A DNA stretch of 41,125 bases from Corallococcus exiguus (GCF_013248915.1 NZ_JABNNE010000050.1); one strand, 5' to 3'; positions 17,193 to 28,862 are shown, numbered from the stretch's first letter. Notes: generated by a model from the sequence alone, not told the origin. Made by a program: numbers and translations.

Positions 17193-20100
17193 CTACCGGC
17201 GCGCCTTGCGAGCCGGCTTGCCCCGAGTGGTCTTCTTCGCCGCGGCCTTCTTCGCGGCGGTCTTCTTCCCCGCCGCCTTCTTCGCCGAAGCCTTCTTCGC
17301 AGGAGCCTTCTTCACCGCCGCCTTCTTCGCGGCCGTCTTCTTGCCCGCTGCCTTCTTCGAGGAAGCCTTATTCGCAGGGGCCTTCTTCGCGGCGGACTTC
17401 TTGCTCGCCGCCTTCTTCGCGGAGGCCTTCTTCGCAGCGGCCTTCTTCACCGCCGCCTTCTTCGCGGAGGCCTTCTTCGCAGGGGCCTTCTTCACCGCCG
17501 CCTTCTTCGCGGAGGCCTTCTTCGTCGGAGCCTTCTTCACCGGCTTCGCCGAACCCTCCGGAGCCTCGCGGGCGTCGCCGCCCTCCTTGGCCCGGTCGAA
17601 CTCGCGCATCGCGTCGTCCACGAGGCCCATGCTCATGTACGCGACGCCCAGGTCGTGGTGGTCCGCCGGGGACAGCCCTTCCTTGGTGCCCTCGCGCAGC
17701 TTGTTGAGGGCCTCCTCCACCACCGGATCCGCGGCCTGGGGCGCCTGCGAAGCCTCTTCGGCTTCAATCTCGCCCTTCAGCTCCTGGCCCAGGTTCACCG
17801 CATCGTCCTTCGGTGCCTGCGGCTCGGTGGCCACCTTCACCTGGGCGCTCTCGGGCGCGGGGGACTCGGACGCTTCAGGGGCTTCGGACTCGGTGCTGCC
17901 CGGCAACGGCGACGGCGTCTCGGACATGGGGGGCTCCGGGGCGATGCGCTGGAGGTGATCCTGCAGCTTGACCGTGCGCTCCTGGAGCTCCGCCACCCGG
18001 GCCTTGTCCTTCTCCACCACGTCCGGCGGAGCACGGGCCACGAAGTTCGGGTTGTCCAGCTTGCGCTGCAAACCGGTGAGTTCCTGCTCGGAGCGGACGA
18101 TCTCCTTCTTCAGGCGGTCGCGCTCCGCGTCCAGGTCCACCAGGCCCGCCAGGGGCACGTAGATTTCCAGGTTGCCGCTCACGAACGCCGCCGCCTGCGG
18201 AGGCTTGGCGCCCGGGGGGCCCACCACCACCTCGGACAGGCCCGCGAGCGGCATCAGGTACGCGCGCCAACGCTCCAACAGCTCGCGCGTCGTCGCGTCC
18301 GGGCTCTGCACCACCGCCTTCACCTTGGCGGACGGCGGCAGGTTGCTCTCGCCGCGCAGCGTGCGCAGGCCCTCGATGGCCGCGATGACCGGCGCCATCT
18401 CGCCTTCCGCGGCCGCGTCCACCCACGCCGTCTCCGGCGCCGGGTACGCCGCGATGCAGATGCTCTCCGTGGGCCGGGACATCGGCAGCTTCTGCCAGAT
18501 CTCCTCGGTGATGAACGGCATGAACGGGTGCATCAGCCGCAGGATGCGGTCCAGGCACGTCACCAGCACCGCGCGCGTGGTGTCCTTGGCCTCCGCGTCG
18601 TCGCCGTACAGCGAGCCCTTCGCCAGCTCGATGTACCAGTCGCAGAACTCCGCCCACAGGAACTGGTACAGCGTGGATGCCGCCTCCGCGAAGCCGAACG
18701 CCTCCAGCGACGCGCGCGTCTCCTCCGTGGCCTTCTGCAGGCGGGAGAGGATCCACCGGTCCGCCAGCGTCAGCTTGCGGCCCTCGAGCGGCGTCTTGTC
18801 CAGGCTGAAGTCGCCCATGTTCATCAGGGCGAACCGGCTGGCGTTCCACAGCTTGTTGCAGAACGCCTTGTAGCCACCCAGGCGGTCCATCGACAGCTTG
18901 ATGTCACGGCCCTGCTGCGTGAGCGACGCCAGCGTGAAGCGCAGCGCGTCCGCGCCGTGCGCCGGCATGCCCTGCGGGAAGCGGTTGCGCAAGGACGGCT
19001 GCAGCGACTCCGCCTTCGCGCCGAGGATGACGTCCAGGGGATCGATGACGTTCCCCTTCGTCTTGGACATCTTCTCGCCCTTCTCGTCGCGCACCATCGC
19101 GTGCAGGTACACGGTGCGGAAGGGCACGTCGTTCATGAAGTGCAGGCCCATCATCATCATCCGGGCGACCCAGAAGAAGATGATGTCGTGGCCCGTCTCC
19201 ATCACGGACGTCGGGTAGAAGGTCTGGAGGTCCGCCGTCTGCTTCGGCCAGCCCAGCGTGGAGAACGGCCACAGCGCGGACGAGAACCAGGTGTCCAGCA
19301 CGTCCGGATCCTGCGTCAGCTCCTTGCCGCCGCACTTCGGGCAGGACTCCGGCGCCGTGCGAGACACGATGACGTCCGCCGTGTCCTTGGAGCGCTCCTC
19401 CGCCGGGGTGCACGCCGCGCAGTACCACGCGGGGATCTGGTGGCCCCACCACAGCTGGCGGCTCACGCACCAGTCGTGGATGTTGTTCATCCAGTGGAAG
19501 TACGTGTTCGTCCACGACTCGGGGACGAACTTCGTGCGGCCCTCCTCCACGGCCTGGATGGCCGGCTTCGCCAGCGGTTCAATCTTGATGAACCACTGCG
19601 GCGACAGGCGCGGCTCCACCACCGTGGTGCAGCGCTGGCAGGTGCCCACGTTCAGCTTGTGCGGCTCCTCCTTCTCCAGCAGGCCCAGCTCCGTCAGGTC
19701 CGCCAGCACCTGCTTGCGCGCCTCCCGGCTCTCCAGGCCCGCGTACTTGCCGGTGTCCTTCGTCATCCGCGCCGCTTCGTCCAGGATGGACAGCATCGGC
19801 AGCTTGTGGCGCAGGCCCGTCTGGTAGTCGTTGAAGTCGTGCGCGGGCGTGACCTTCACCACGCCGGTGCCGAACTCCATGTTCACCAGCTCGCCGTCCG
19901 CGATGACCGGAATCTCACGGTCGGTGAGCGGCAGCGCCACGCTCTTGCCGATGAGGTCCTGGTAGCGCGGATCCTCCGGGTGCACGGCGACGGCCGTGTC
20001 GCCCAGCAGCGTCTCCGGGCGCGTCGTCGCCACGGTGAGGAAGCGCTCCGTGCCCTTCACCGGGTAGCGGATGTGCCAGAGCGAGCCGTTCTTCTCCTCG

Positions 20101-20687
20101 TGCTCCACTTCCAGGTCGGAGAGGGCCGTGCGGCAGGACGGGCACCAGTTGATCAGCTTCTGGGCCCGGTACATCAGGCCCTCTTCGTACAGCCGGACGA
20201 ACACCTCGCGCACCGCGGCCGAGGACTGCTCGTCCATGGTGAAGCGCTCGCGGCTCCAGTCCAGGGACGCGCCCAGGTAGCGGTGCTGCTCACCGATGCG
20301 CGCGCCGAACTTGCCCTTCCACGTCCAGACGCGCTCGAGGAACGCCTCGCGGCCCAGGTCGTGGCGGCTCTTGCCCTCCCTCTTCTTGAGCTCCTTCTCC
20401 ACCACCATCTGCGTGGCGATGCCCGCGTGGTCCGTGCCCGGCAGCCAGAGCGCGTTGAAGCCGCTCATCCGCTTCCAGCGCGTGAGGATGTCCTGGATGG
20501 TCGCGGTGAGCGCGTGGCCGATGTGCAGGCTGCCCGTCACGTTGGGCGGCGGCAGCACGATGCTGAACGGCGGCTTGGAGGAAGGGGCTTCGGCGCGGAA
20601 GTAGTCGCGCTCCAGCCAGTGGTTGTACCACCGCGCCTCCACTTCGGAGGGCTCGTAGGCCTTGGACAGTTCAGTCGTGTCAGTCAT
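17193..20687 (-). CDS. valS: valyl-tRNA synthetase with ~280-aa C-terminal extension (acidic S/P/E linker, TPR-like helix pair, Lys/Ala-rich histone-H1-like tail)
   Basis: HIGH motif [15 protein letters not shown]; KMSKS motif KMSKTKGN; canonical C-terminal coiled coil, then the extension ending in [22 protein letters not shown] repeats. Confidence 0.9.
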   Translation of the reverse strand: MTDTTELSKAYEPSEVEARWYNHWLERDYFRAEAPSSKPPFSIVLPPPNVTGSLHIGHALTATIQDILTRWKRMSGFNALWLPGTDHAGIATQMVVEKELKKREGKSRHDLGREAFLERVWTWKGKFGARIGEQHRYLGASLDWSRERFTMDEQSSAAVREVFVRLYEEGLMYRAQKLINWCPSCRTALSDLEVEHEEKNGSLWHIRYPVKGTERFLTVATTRPETLLGDTAVAVHPEDPRYQDLIGKSVALPLTDREIPVIADGELVNMEFGTGVVKVTPAHDFNDYQTGLRHKLPMLSILDEAARMTKDTGKYAGLESREARKQVLADLTELGLLEKEEPHKLNVGTCQRCTTVVEPRLSPQWFIKIEPLAKPAIQAVEEGRTKFVPESWTNTYFHWMNNIHDWCVSRQLWWGHQIPAWYCAACTPAEERSKDTADVIVSRTAPESCPKCGGKELTQDPDVLDTWFSSALWPFSTLGWPKQTADLQTFYPTSVMETGHDIIFFWVARMMMMGLHFMNDVPFRTVYLHAMVRDEKGEKMSKTKGNVIDPLDVILGAKAESLQPSLRNRFPQGMPAHGADALRFTLASLTQQGRDIKLSMDRLGGYKAFCNKLWNASRFALMNMGDFSLDKTPLEGRKLTLADRWILSRLQKATEETRASLEAFGFAEAASTLYQFLWAEFCDWYIELAKGSLYGDDAEAKDTTRAVLVTCLDRILRLMHPFMPFITEEIWQKLPMSRPTESICIAAYPAPETAWVDAAAEGEMAPVIAAIEGLRTLRGESNLPPSAKVKAVVQSPDATTRELLERWRAYLMPLAGLSEVVVGPPGAKPPQAAAFVSGNLEIYVPLAGLVDLDAERDRLKKEIVRSEQELTGLQRKLDNPNFVARAPPDVVEKDKARVAELQERTVKLQDHLQRIAPEPPMSETPSPLPGSTESEAPEASESPAPESAQVKVATEPQAPKDDAVNLGQELKGEIEAEEASQAPQAADPVVEEALNKLREGTKEGLSPADHHDLGVAYMSMGLVDDAMREFDRAKEGGDAREAPEGSAKPVKKAPTKKASAKKAAVKKAPAKKASAKKAAVKKAAAKKASAKKAASKKSAAKKAPANKASSKKAAGKKTAAKKAAVKKAPAKKASAKKAAGKKTAAKKAAAKKTTRGKPARKARR
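17200..17560 (-). repeat. low-complexity codon repeat (gccttcttcgc units on plus strand) encoding the (A/S/P)KKA tail of ValRS
   Basis: Seen directly as ~12-nt periodicity. Confidence 0.55.
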
Positions 20688-20695
20688 TGCAAGCG

Positions 20696-20717
20696 GCCGG
20701 CCCCCGACGGGGCCGGC
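20696..20717 (-). other. GC hairpin (gccggcccc / ggggccggc, 4-nt loop) between romR-like gene and valS, no U-tract
   Basis: Perfect 9-bp stem in the 53-nt intergenic spacer; possible attenuator or processing site. Confidence 0.3.
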
Positions 20718-20740
20718 GGGGAATCAGAGGGGACTGCGAA

Positions 20741-22003
20741 TCAATGCTGGGTCTCGCGGTCCTTGATGAGCCGCTCCAGCTCTTCCCGGATGATGGTCTC
20801 CGCCAGCTGCGGAACGACCTCCCAGGCAATCTTCTCGATGACCTCGCGGGACGCCTTCGACAGCGCCTCGCGCAGCAGCGCCTCTCCGCCATCCGCGGCC
20901 GGACGGGCGCGCGCGGGCGGAGTCGCCGGCGAGGGACCGCCGATGTCCAGGGAGATCTCCTCCGCGCCGCTGGGCTCGGGCAGCGAGTCCTCGATGCGAA
21001 TGCTCTCCGTACGGGCCTGCGCCGCGGGCGGGGCGGCCGGAGCGCCCAGCCCGAACGGATCCCGGGCACGGGCGGCCGGAGGCACCGCGGCGGGCGGGGG
21101 CGCGGACGGCAGCGGCGCGGCGCCCGGAGGACGCGGGAAGCCGCCCGGGATGTTCGGGGCGCCAGGGCCCGGAGGACGCGCGGCCATGCCCGGAGGCGGT
21201 GCACCCGGCGGACGCGCGCCCGGAGGCACGGCACCCGGAGGAGGACGCGCACCCGGCGGCATGGCGCCCGGAGGCGGCGCCCCCGGAGGACGCGCGCCCA
21301 TGCCCGGAGGCGGCGCACCCGGCGGAGGACGTGCACCCGGCGGCATGGCGCCCGGAGGCGGCGCACCCGGAGGACGCGCGCCCGGAGGAACAGCGCCCGG
21401 CAGCGGACGCGCCGCACCCGGAGGAGGAGGCACACCGGCGCCCGGAGGACGCGCGCCCGGAGGCGGCGCACCCGGCGGAGGACGCGCACCCGGCGGCATG
21501 GCGCCCGGAGGCGGCGCACCCGCGGGACGCGCACCCGGCGGCACGGCGGCGGCGGGCGGCGCGCTGACCGGAGCGCTCGGGGCGGAGGTCTGGGGCAGAA
21601 TGCGCGTCGCGGCGGACGCGGGCATCGTGTTGGACTTCTGGCCCACCAGCGCCTTCACCTTGTCGAGGAGGATCTGGCTCTCGAAGGGCTTGGTGATGTG
21701 GTCATCCGCCCGGGCGGCCTTCGCGCGGTTCTCGTCGAACGCCTCGAAGGTGCCGGCGAGCAGCAGCACCGGGATGGCCTGCGTGGAGGGGTCGCCCTTG
21801 AGCGCCTCGCAGACCTCGTAGCCGCTCTTGCCCGGCATCATCACGTCGGCGAGCACCACGTCCGGACGCAGCTCGCGCGTGCGGGAGATGGCGTCCAGCC
21901 CGTTGTCCACCGCGGTCACCTGGAAGTCTTCCGTCGCGAAGATCATCCCGATCACCTTGCGGATGGTGAGCGAGTCGTCGGCGATCAGTAGATTCTTGGG
22001 CAT
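20741..22003 (-). CDS. romR: RomR-like response regulator (REC domain, long Pro-rich linker, conserved acidic C-terminal helix region)
   Basis: N-terminal REC (MPKNLLIADDSLTIRKVIGMIFATEDFQVTAVDNGLDAISRTRELRPDVVLADVMMPGKSGYEVCEAL); ~200-aa PGARPPGAPPPG repeats; Glu-rich C-terminal tail; 420 aa; start set to MPKNLL (22003), not the track's 22087. Confidence 0.75.
   Translation of the reverse strand: MPKNLLIADDSLTIRKVIGMIFATEDFQVTAVDNGLDAISRTRELRPDVVLADVMMPGKSGYEVCEALKGDPSTQAIPVLLLAGTFEAFDENRAKAARADDHITKPFESQILLDKVKALVGQKSNTMPASAATRILPQTSAPSAPVSAPPAAAVPPGARPAGAPPPGAMPPGARPPPGAPPPGARPPGAGVPPPPGAARPLPGAVPPGARPPGAPPPGAMPPGARPPPGAPPPGMGARPPGAPPPGAMPPGARPPPGAVPPGARPPGAPPPGMAARPPGPGAPNIPGGFPRPPGAAPLPSAPPPAAVPPAARARDPFGLGAPAAPPAAQARTESIRIEDSLPEPSGAEEISLDIGGPSPATPPARARPAADGGEALLREALSKASREVIEKIAWEVVPQLAETIIREELERLIKDRETQH
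21090..21560 (-). repeat. GC-rich degenerate tandem repeat (~15-18 nt units) encoding the Pro-rich linker
   Basis: Seen directly (cccggaggacgcgcgcccggaggcggcgcacccggcgg iterations). Confidence 0.6.
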
Positions 22004-22120
22004 CGGCTCCGGCCTCGGGGGGCGCATACCCCCCTGAATTCGTTTGAGATTTCGGGCGAGCAAGCCTGCCTGCACGCCCTGTGTCAATCGGAGAAGCTTA
22101 GGATTCGCGCGTTGGGCCGA

Positions 22121-22987
22121 TCAAGAAAACATGCGCTGCAGGTCCAGTAACATCACCGGATCCGGCAGCCCCGGCGCCCGGAACGTTCCGGGAAGCTCGG
22201 CCGGCTTGAACTTCTGCAGCACACCCAGCACCCGGGTGGCCGCCAGCCCTACGTTCCGCCCCGCCAGTTCCGTGAGGACGAACAGCTCCTCCGCCTGGGC
22301 CGGCGCACCCAGCAGCGCTGGAATCGAACAGATGGGCCATAGCGCCTGCGCGTGGGGATAGACGCCCGCCACCGGCCCGCTCTGCACCGGGAGCACGCTG
22401 AACGCCTCGCCCCGGGGTACCACCTGGGAGACGCAACCCAGCGGGACGCCGAACAGCACCCCCTGGGACTCCAGCACCAGCGCCCGCTCCGGGGGCGCGT
22501 CCGCATAGTGCACGGGCCGGGGCTCTGGCGGGGTCGCCCGGGGGCCCGCCCGGTGCGGCAGCGCTTCCACGATGAGCTCCAGGTACAGCCGGTCCTTGTG
22601 CAGCACCGCGCCCCGGCTCAGCGGCGCCAGCGAGTCCGCCAGGCCCGGAGGCAGCAGGAAGAACGGGTCCCTCGCGACGTCCGCGACCTCCACCACGGCG
22701 CGCACCCGCACCGCGAGCGTGGGGCTGACGTCCAGGACCACCACCATGCCCGGCACTTCCTCAGGCAGGCCGCCGAGCAGCGCGGCGAGGTCCTTCACTT
22801 CCAGTACGCCGCGCAGACTCGCGCCGCGAGCGCCCGGCATCGCGACCTCGATGACGGAGGTGGCCTCCACCGCGTAGCGCGTCTCTCCGGCCTCCACCAG
22901 CAGGCAGAGCCGCCGTCCGCTTTCAAAGGGCACGGCCCGGGACCCTAGCAGCCTTCCAGCGTTGGGTGCTAAGCCCTGAACAGTCAT
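22121..22987 (-). CDS. tandem CheW-like domain protein
   Basis: Two CheW-like segments (LLVEAGETRYAVEATSVIEV...; LVLESQGVLFGVPLGCVSQVV...); RBS GAGGAG 12 nt upstream of ATG at 22987; start codon overlaps the divergent gene's start (CATG). Confidence 0.55.
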   Translation of the reverse strand: MTVQGLAPNAGRLLGSRAVPFESGRRLCLLVEAGETRYAVEATSVIEVAMPGARGASLRGVLEVKDLAALLGGLPEEVPGMVVVLDVSPTLAVRVRAVVEVADVARDPFFLLPPGLADSLAPLSRGAVLHKDRLYLELIVEALPHRAGPRATPPEPRPVHYADAPPERALVLESQGVLFGVPLGCVSQVVPRGEAFSVLPVQSGPVAGVYPHAQALWPICSIPALLGAPAQAEELFVLTELAGRNVGLAATRVLGVLQKFKPAELPGTFRAPGLPDPVMLLDLQRMFS

Positions 22988-24374
22988 GGCGCGACTGCTC
23001 CTCGTCGACGACGAAAAGATCGCCCGCAATCTCTACGGCGACTACCTCACGGCCGCGGGACACCTGGTCACGGCGGTGCCCACCGTGGCGGACGCGAAGG
23101 CCGCCCTCTCCGCGGCGCGGTTCGACGCGGTGGTGACGGACCTCATCCTCCCCGGCGGCGACGGCATGGAGGTGCTTCGCCACGTGCGCGAGCGCTACCC
23201 CGGCGTGGAGGTGCTGGTCATCACCGGCCTGGACAAGGTGGCCCCCGCGGTGCGCGCCATCAAGAGCGGCGCGGCGGAGTACCTGGTCAAGCCCGTGGCG
23301 CCGGAGGCCCTGGAGCACGCGCTGCGCCGCGCGCTCACCACGCGCGACCTGATGCGTGAGAACGCATCCCTGCGCCAGCACGTCGCGCTGCTGGAGGCGG
23401 GCCAGCGCATCGCCACCACGCTCGACCGCGAGCGGCTGTCCACGGCCGCGTCCGACGCGCTGGAGTCCATGGCCAACGCCTCCGCGGTGATGCTCCTGGA
23501 GCGGGACCCCGGCGGCACGGGCTTCCGCTCGCACGGCATGCGCGGGCTGCCGGTGGACCTGCACGAGGCGCTCGTCCCGCTGCTCATCGAGCGGCTTTCG
23601 GGCACGCGCACGCAGGTGGAGCTCGACGGACTTCAAGTTCCCTGGCCGCGCACCCTCTCCTTCCCCGCCGTGGACGGCGAGCTGGTGCTGGGCCACGCGG
23701 TGCTCTTCCACGACAACGCGCCCGCGGAGCACCACGCGGAGACCGTGGGCTTCCTCGTGCGCAACTGGGCGCTGGCCCTGCGCAACCTGGGCCGCTTCGC
23801 CGCCGTGGAGGACCTGGCCTACGTCGATGATCTCACCCGCCTGTTCAACACGCGCTACCTGCACCTGGTGCTGGACCGCGAGGTGAACGAGGCCCTCCAG
23901 ACGGAGCGCCCCTTCTCCCTGCTGTTCCTGGACCTGGACCGCTTCAAGGCCATCAACGACACGCACGGGCACCTGGTGGGCTCGCGGGTGCTGGTGGAGG
24001 CCGCGCGCGTGCTCAAGGGCTGCGTGCGCGACCCGGACGTGGTGGCGCGCTTCGGCGGCGACGAGTACGTGGTGCTCCTGCGCGGCACGGACTCCGGCGG
24101 GGCCCTCAAGGTCGCCGAGCGCATCCGCCGCACCATGGAGACCCATCAGTTCCTGGGCCGCGAGGGGCTGGCGCTCAAGCTCACCACCTGCATCGGCGTG
24201 GCCAGCTTCCCGGAGCACGCCCAGGACAAGGACCACCTGCTGGACCTGTCCGACCGGGCCATGTACCGGGGCAAGCGCGGCACCCGGAACGTCGTCTACA
24301 TGGCGGCGCAGGACCTGGAAGCCACCCCGGCCGAGCGCCGTCAGAATCCCCCGCCCCCGCAGGGCCAGGGCTGA
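22986..24374 (+). CDS. response regulator with REC - GAF-like - GGDEF domains (GGDEY variant)
   Basis: REC (LLLVDDEKIARNL...DLILPGGDGMEV...KPV); GGDEF domain with RFGGDEYVVLL active-site variant and RxxD-like I-site context (DRFKAIND). Confidence 0.8.
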   Translation: MARLLLVDDEKIARNLYGDYLTAAGHLVTAVPTVADAKAALSAARFDAVVTDLILPGGDGMEVLRHVRERYPGVEVLVITGLDKVAPAVRAIKSGAAEYLVKPVAPEALEHALRRALTTRDLMRENASLRQHVALLEAGQRIATTLDRERLSTAASDALESMANASAVMLLERDPGGTGFRSHGMRGLPVDLHEALVPLLIERLSGTRTQVELDGLQVPWPRTLSFPAVDGELVLGHAVLFHDNAPAEHHAETVGFLVRNWALALRNLGRFAAVEDLAYVDDLTRLFNTRYLHLVLDREVNEALQTERPFSLLFLDLDRFKAINDTHGHLVGSRVLVEAARVLKGCVRDPDVVARFGGDEYVVLLRGTDSGGALKVAERIRRTMETHQFLGREGLALKLTTCIGVASFPEHAQDKDHLLDLSDRAMYRGKRGTRNVVYMAAQDLEATPAERRQNPPPPQGQG

Positions 24375-24388
24375 ACGCCGGACGCGCG

Positions 24389-24782
24389 CTACTTGCGCAG
24401 GCTGCCCACGGTGAGGTGCTTGGGCAGCTCCACTTCCGCGGGCACGCCGCCGCCGCCGCCGCCCTCGCCCACCGCCTCCACCTCTTCGTGAGACGCGCCG
24501 GTGGTGATGAGGCGGTACTTCTGCGACGCCTCGCGGTCGTGCTGGGCCTGCTCCGGATCCAACCGCGCGATGAGCTGCCAGAAGAGGGCCGCGTGCTCGC
24601 GCTCCTCGTCCATGACGTGCCGCAGGATGGCCTTCGCCTCCTCATTGTCCGTCGCGTCCAGGTGCGCGGCGTAGAGGTTGATGGCGTCCAGCTCCGCCTC
24701 GATGTTGAGCCGGATGGAGCGGGCCAGTTCGGAGTCCGTCAGCTTCCGGGGCACCAGCGAGTGGAACGGGTTCGTCTGCGGC
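24389..24782 (-). CDS. encC: encapsulin cargo protein, ferritin-like (EncC-like) with C-terminal targeting peptide
   Basis: 130 aa; ferritin-like ExxH motifs (DEEREHAALFW); Gly-rich linker then C-terminal LTVGSLRK matching encapsulin cargo-loading peptide consensus; RBS GAGG 6 nt upstream. Confidence 0.7.
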
Positions 24783-24940
24783 ATGAGGACCTCAGCGACA
24801 GGGAGAGTCCCCAACAGGCGAGCGGGCAACGACGTTCCGTCAGGCCGGGCTGGAGGACGTGCGCGAGCATCCGTTCGGTCGCGAGCGCGGTCAACCGAAT
24901 CCCGCTGGGGGTGCGTTGCGCGTGAACACCTGCCTCCGCC

Positions 24941-26470
24941 ATGCTCCCGCGCATGGAGACCCCCTCGCCGCTCGCGCAGCTGCTCCAGGCCCTGGACGCG
25001 GGGGACCTGGAGAAGGCACGGGTCGCGGCCGGGGCGCTGCAGCGCGCCAACGCCCACACCCATCAGGTCGCCGCGGAGGTCCTCCACGAGCTGCGCCAGC
25101 CCCTGCTGGGCGCGAAGGCCTACGCCCAGCTGCTGGCCGAGGAAGGAGGCTCCAGCGGCCCGCTGAAGCTGCTGCTCGCGCAGGTGGAGCGGATGGAGCA
25201 GATCGTCTCCGACTTCATCCGCCTGGCCAGCGAGCGGCCGGCCCCGCAGCAGCGGCTGTCCCTGGCCGCGCCCATCTGGGCGGCGGCGAAGGTGTTCAGC
25301 GTCAACCCGGACTCGGCGCGCATCTCACTGGAGGTGGAGGCCCCCGAGGACCTCACCATCCAGGGCAACGCGCGGCTGATTGAGCAGCTCACGCTCAACC
25401 TGCTCAACAACGCCCGCGACGCCATGTCCGGCCGGGGCCGCGTGAAGGTGACGCTCACGCGCGATGGCGCCTCCGCGGCCCTCTACGTTTCCGACTGGGG
25501 ACCGGGCATCCCGGACGAGCTGAAGACGCGCATCTTCGAGCCCTACGTCTCCGCCAGCAAACGCGGCACGGGCCTGGGGCTCGCCGTCTGTCGTCGCATC
25601 GCGCAGGAGCACCACGCGCAGATTGCCCTGGTGCCGCCCACGACGCTGCGCGAAGTGCCGCCCCCGGCCACCGTGTTCCGCGTGCTCTTCCCGCCCACGG
25701 ACGCGCCGCGCCCGCCGCGCAAGCGCCTGCTGGTGGTGGACGACGAGGGCATCATCCGGATGGTCTTCAAGGACCTGATGGACAAGGAGTGCGAAGTCAT
25801 TGAAGCGGCCACGGGCGAAGCCGCGCTCGAAATCCTCCGCTCGTCGCGCGTGGATCTCATCGTCACGGACAAGAACCTGCCCGGAATCTCCGGCCTGGAG
25901 TTGGCCCAGCACGCGCGGAAGCTGGATCCCGCGTCGCGCGTCATCCTGATGACGGGCTACCCCTCGCTGGTGACGACGCAGCAGGCGCTGCAGCTGGGCC
26001 TGGTGGACTACCTGCTCAAGCCCTTCGACGACATCCGCCAGGTGCGCGCGCTGTTGCGGCAGGCGCTGTACACACCGGCCGCGCCGCCTGTCCCCGCCCC
26101 CAGCGCTGGCGTGCGCCGGGTGGACGTGCTGGAGGACAACCCGGCCACCGCGCGGCTGATTTCAGAGGCGCTGACGCTGTTGGGCCTGGAGGCGCGCGTC
26201 GTCGCGGGCGCGGAGGTGGCCACCATGGAGCCGCCCATGGGCGTGGTGGTGTCTTGGGACTTCGCGCCGGCCTACGGCAAGAAGGCGCTGGAGCTGGCCC
26301 GGGCCCTGAGCCAGGGCGCGCCCTTCGTCGTCCTGGCCGAGCACCTCACCATGGACACGGCCCTGGCATCGCTGCGCGCCGGGGCCGCCGCGTGCCTGCC
26401 CAAGCTGCTCTCCGACACCACGGCGCTCAGCCGCGAGCTGGGCCTGGCCTTCAAGAAGACCGCTTCCTGA
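24941..26470 (+). CDS. hybrid sensor histidine kinase (HisKA-HATPase_c-REC-degenerate REC)
   Basis: H-box LHELRQPL; N/G boxes (LLNNARDAM, SDWGPGIP, GTGLGLAV); REC with LLVVDDE...DLIVTDKNLPGISG...KP. Confidence 0.75.
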   Translation: MLPRMETPSPLAQLLQALDAGDLEKARVAAGALQRANAHTHQVAAEVLHELRQPLLGAKAYAQLLAEEGGSSGPLKLLLAQVERMEQIVSDFIRLASERPAPQQRLSLAAPIWAAAKVFSVNPDSARISLEVEAPEDLTIQGNARLIEQLTLNLLNNARDAMSGRGRVKVTLTRDGASAALYVSDWGPGIPDELKTRIFEPYVSASKRGTGLGLAVCRRIAQEHHAQIALVPPTTLREVPPPATVFRVLFPPTDAPRPPRKRLLVVDDEGIIRMVFKDLMDKECEVIEAATGEAALEILRSSRVDLIVTDKNLPGISGLELAQHARKLDPASRVILMTGYPSLVTTQQALQLGLVDYLLKPFDDIRQVRALLRQALYTPAAPPVPAPSAGVRRVDVLEDNPATARLISEALTLLGLEARVVAGAEVATMEPPMGVVVSWDFAPAYGKKALELARALSQGAPFVVLAEHLTMDTALASLRAGAAACLPKLLSDTTALSRELGLAFKKTAS

Positions 26471-26477
26471 AAAAGAC

Positions 26478-26522
26478 TCCGGCCCCGGGCGCCCCGCTTT
26501 CGCGGAGCCCACCGGGGCCGGA
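26478..26522 (-). terminator. intrinsic terminator for groEL (11-bp stem tccggccccgg / ccggggccgga, 23-nt loop, followed by TTTTTC on minus strand)
   Basis: Perfect inverted repeat between convergent kinase and groEL genes. Confidence 0.6.
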
Positions 26523-26555
26523 AACCCTACGAAGCTACGGAGCCGTTACGTCGGC

Positions 26556-28247
<1,692 letters not shown>

Positions 28248-28274
28248 TTAGCACTCGGCCATGTCGAGCGCCAA
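28248..28274. promoter_or_regulatory. CIRCE-like HrcA operator (TTAGCACTC-N9-GAGCGCCAA) upstream of groEL
   Basis: Left half-site perfect, right half-site 7/9 match to the consensus TTAGCACTC-N9-GAGTGCTAA. Confidence 0.55.
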
Positions 28275-28378
28275 CATAAGGGCCGCATCGACGATGTCAA
28301 CGGAAAGGGGCAGCCGTGTGGGCCTGAGGACGCCTACTGGCCCGTCCGGGTGGGGGGCCGGGCCGCCTTGGGAAGGCC

Positions 28379-28735
28379 CTACTCCGCGAAGCGCACGAGG
28401 TTGAGCAGCTGCCCCATGTCCAGGGGCTTCTGCAGGGTGATGGCGACGCCCTTGCGCAGGCCCCGGTCGGAGATGTTGGCGTCCGTGCTGGCGGTCATCA
28501 TCAGGACGGAGATGCGCTGGAAGCGGGGGTCCGCCTTCAGCATCTCCGTGAAGTGGATGCCGTCCAGGTGGGGCATCAGGTAGTCGGTGATGACCAGCCC
28601 CACGGGGTGACGCTCCATGATGTCCAGGGCCTGGAGCGCGTCCGACGCCGAGAACACGGTGTAGCCATGCATCTCCAGGTAGCGAGAGAGCATGGTGCAC
28701 AGCTCGTAATCGTCGTCGACGACCAGGATGTTCAC
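28379..28735 (-). CDS. single-domain CheY-like response regulator
   Basis: MNILVVDDD...GLVITDYLMPHLDG...MTAS...KP; GTG start. Confidence 0.8.
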   Translation of the reverse strand: MNILVVDDDYELCTMLSRYLEMHGYTVFSASDALQALDIMERHPVGLVITDYLMPHLDGIHFTEMLKADPRFQRISVLMMTASTDANISDRGLRKGVAITLQKPLDMGQLLNLVRFAE

Positions 28736-28862
28736 GGGGTTCGGGCCGAAACGGGGCGCTGGAAGGTAACAGCGACGCCGGTCGTTGACAACGCGAAGGA
28801 CGGCTTCTTAGCTGCCGGCCCGAATGGCGAAGCGCATGGCGAAGCAAGGGGAGGCGCGGGAC

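Noticed and set aside
16386-21821. 1811-aa plus-strand ORF spanning antisense of nadC, valS and the romR-like gene
   Set aside because: Low-complexity Arg/Leu/Gly-rich translation with no domain-like motifs. It lies antisense to three genes with unmistakable catalytic motifs. This is a classic high-GC open-frame artefact.
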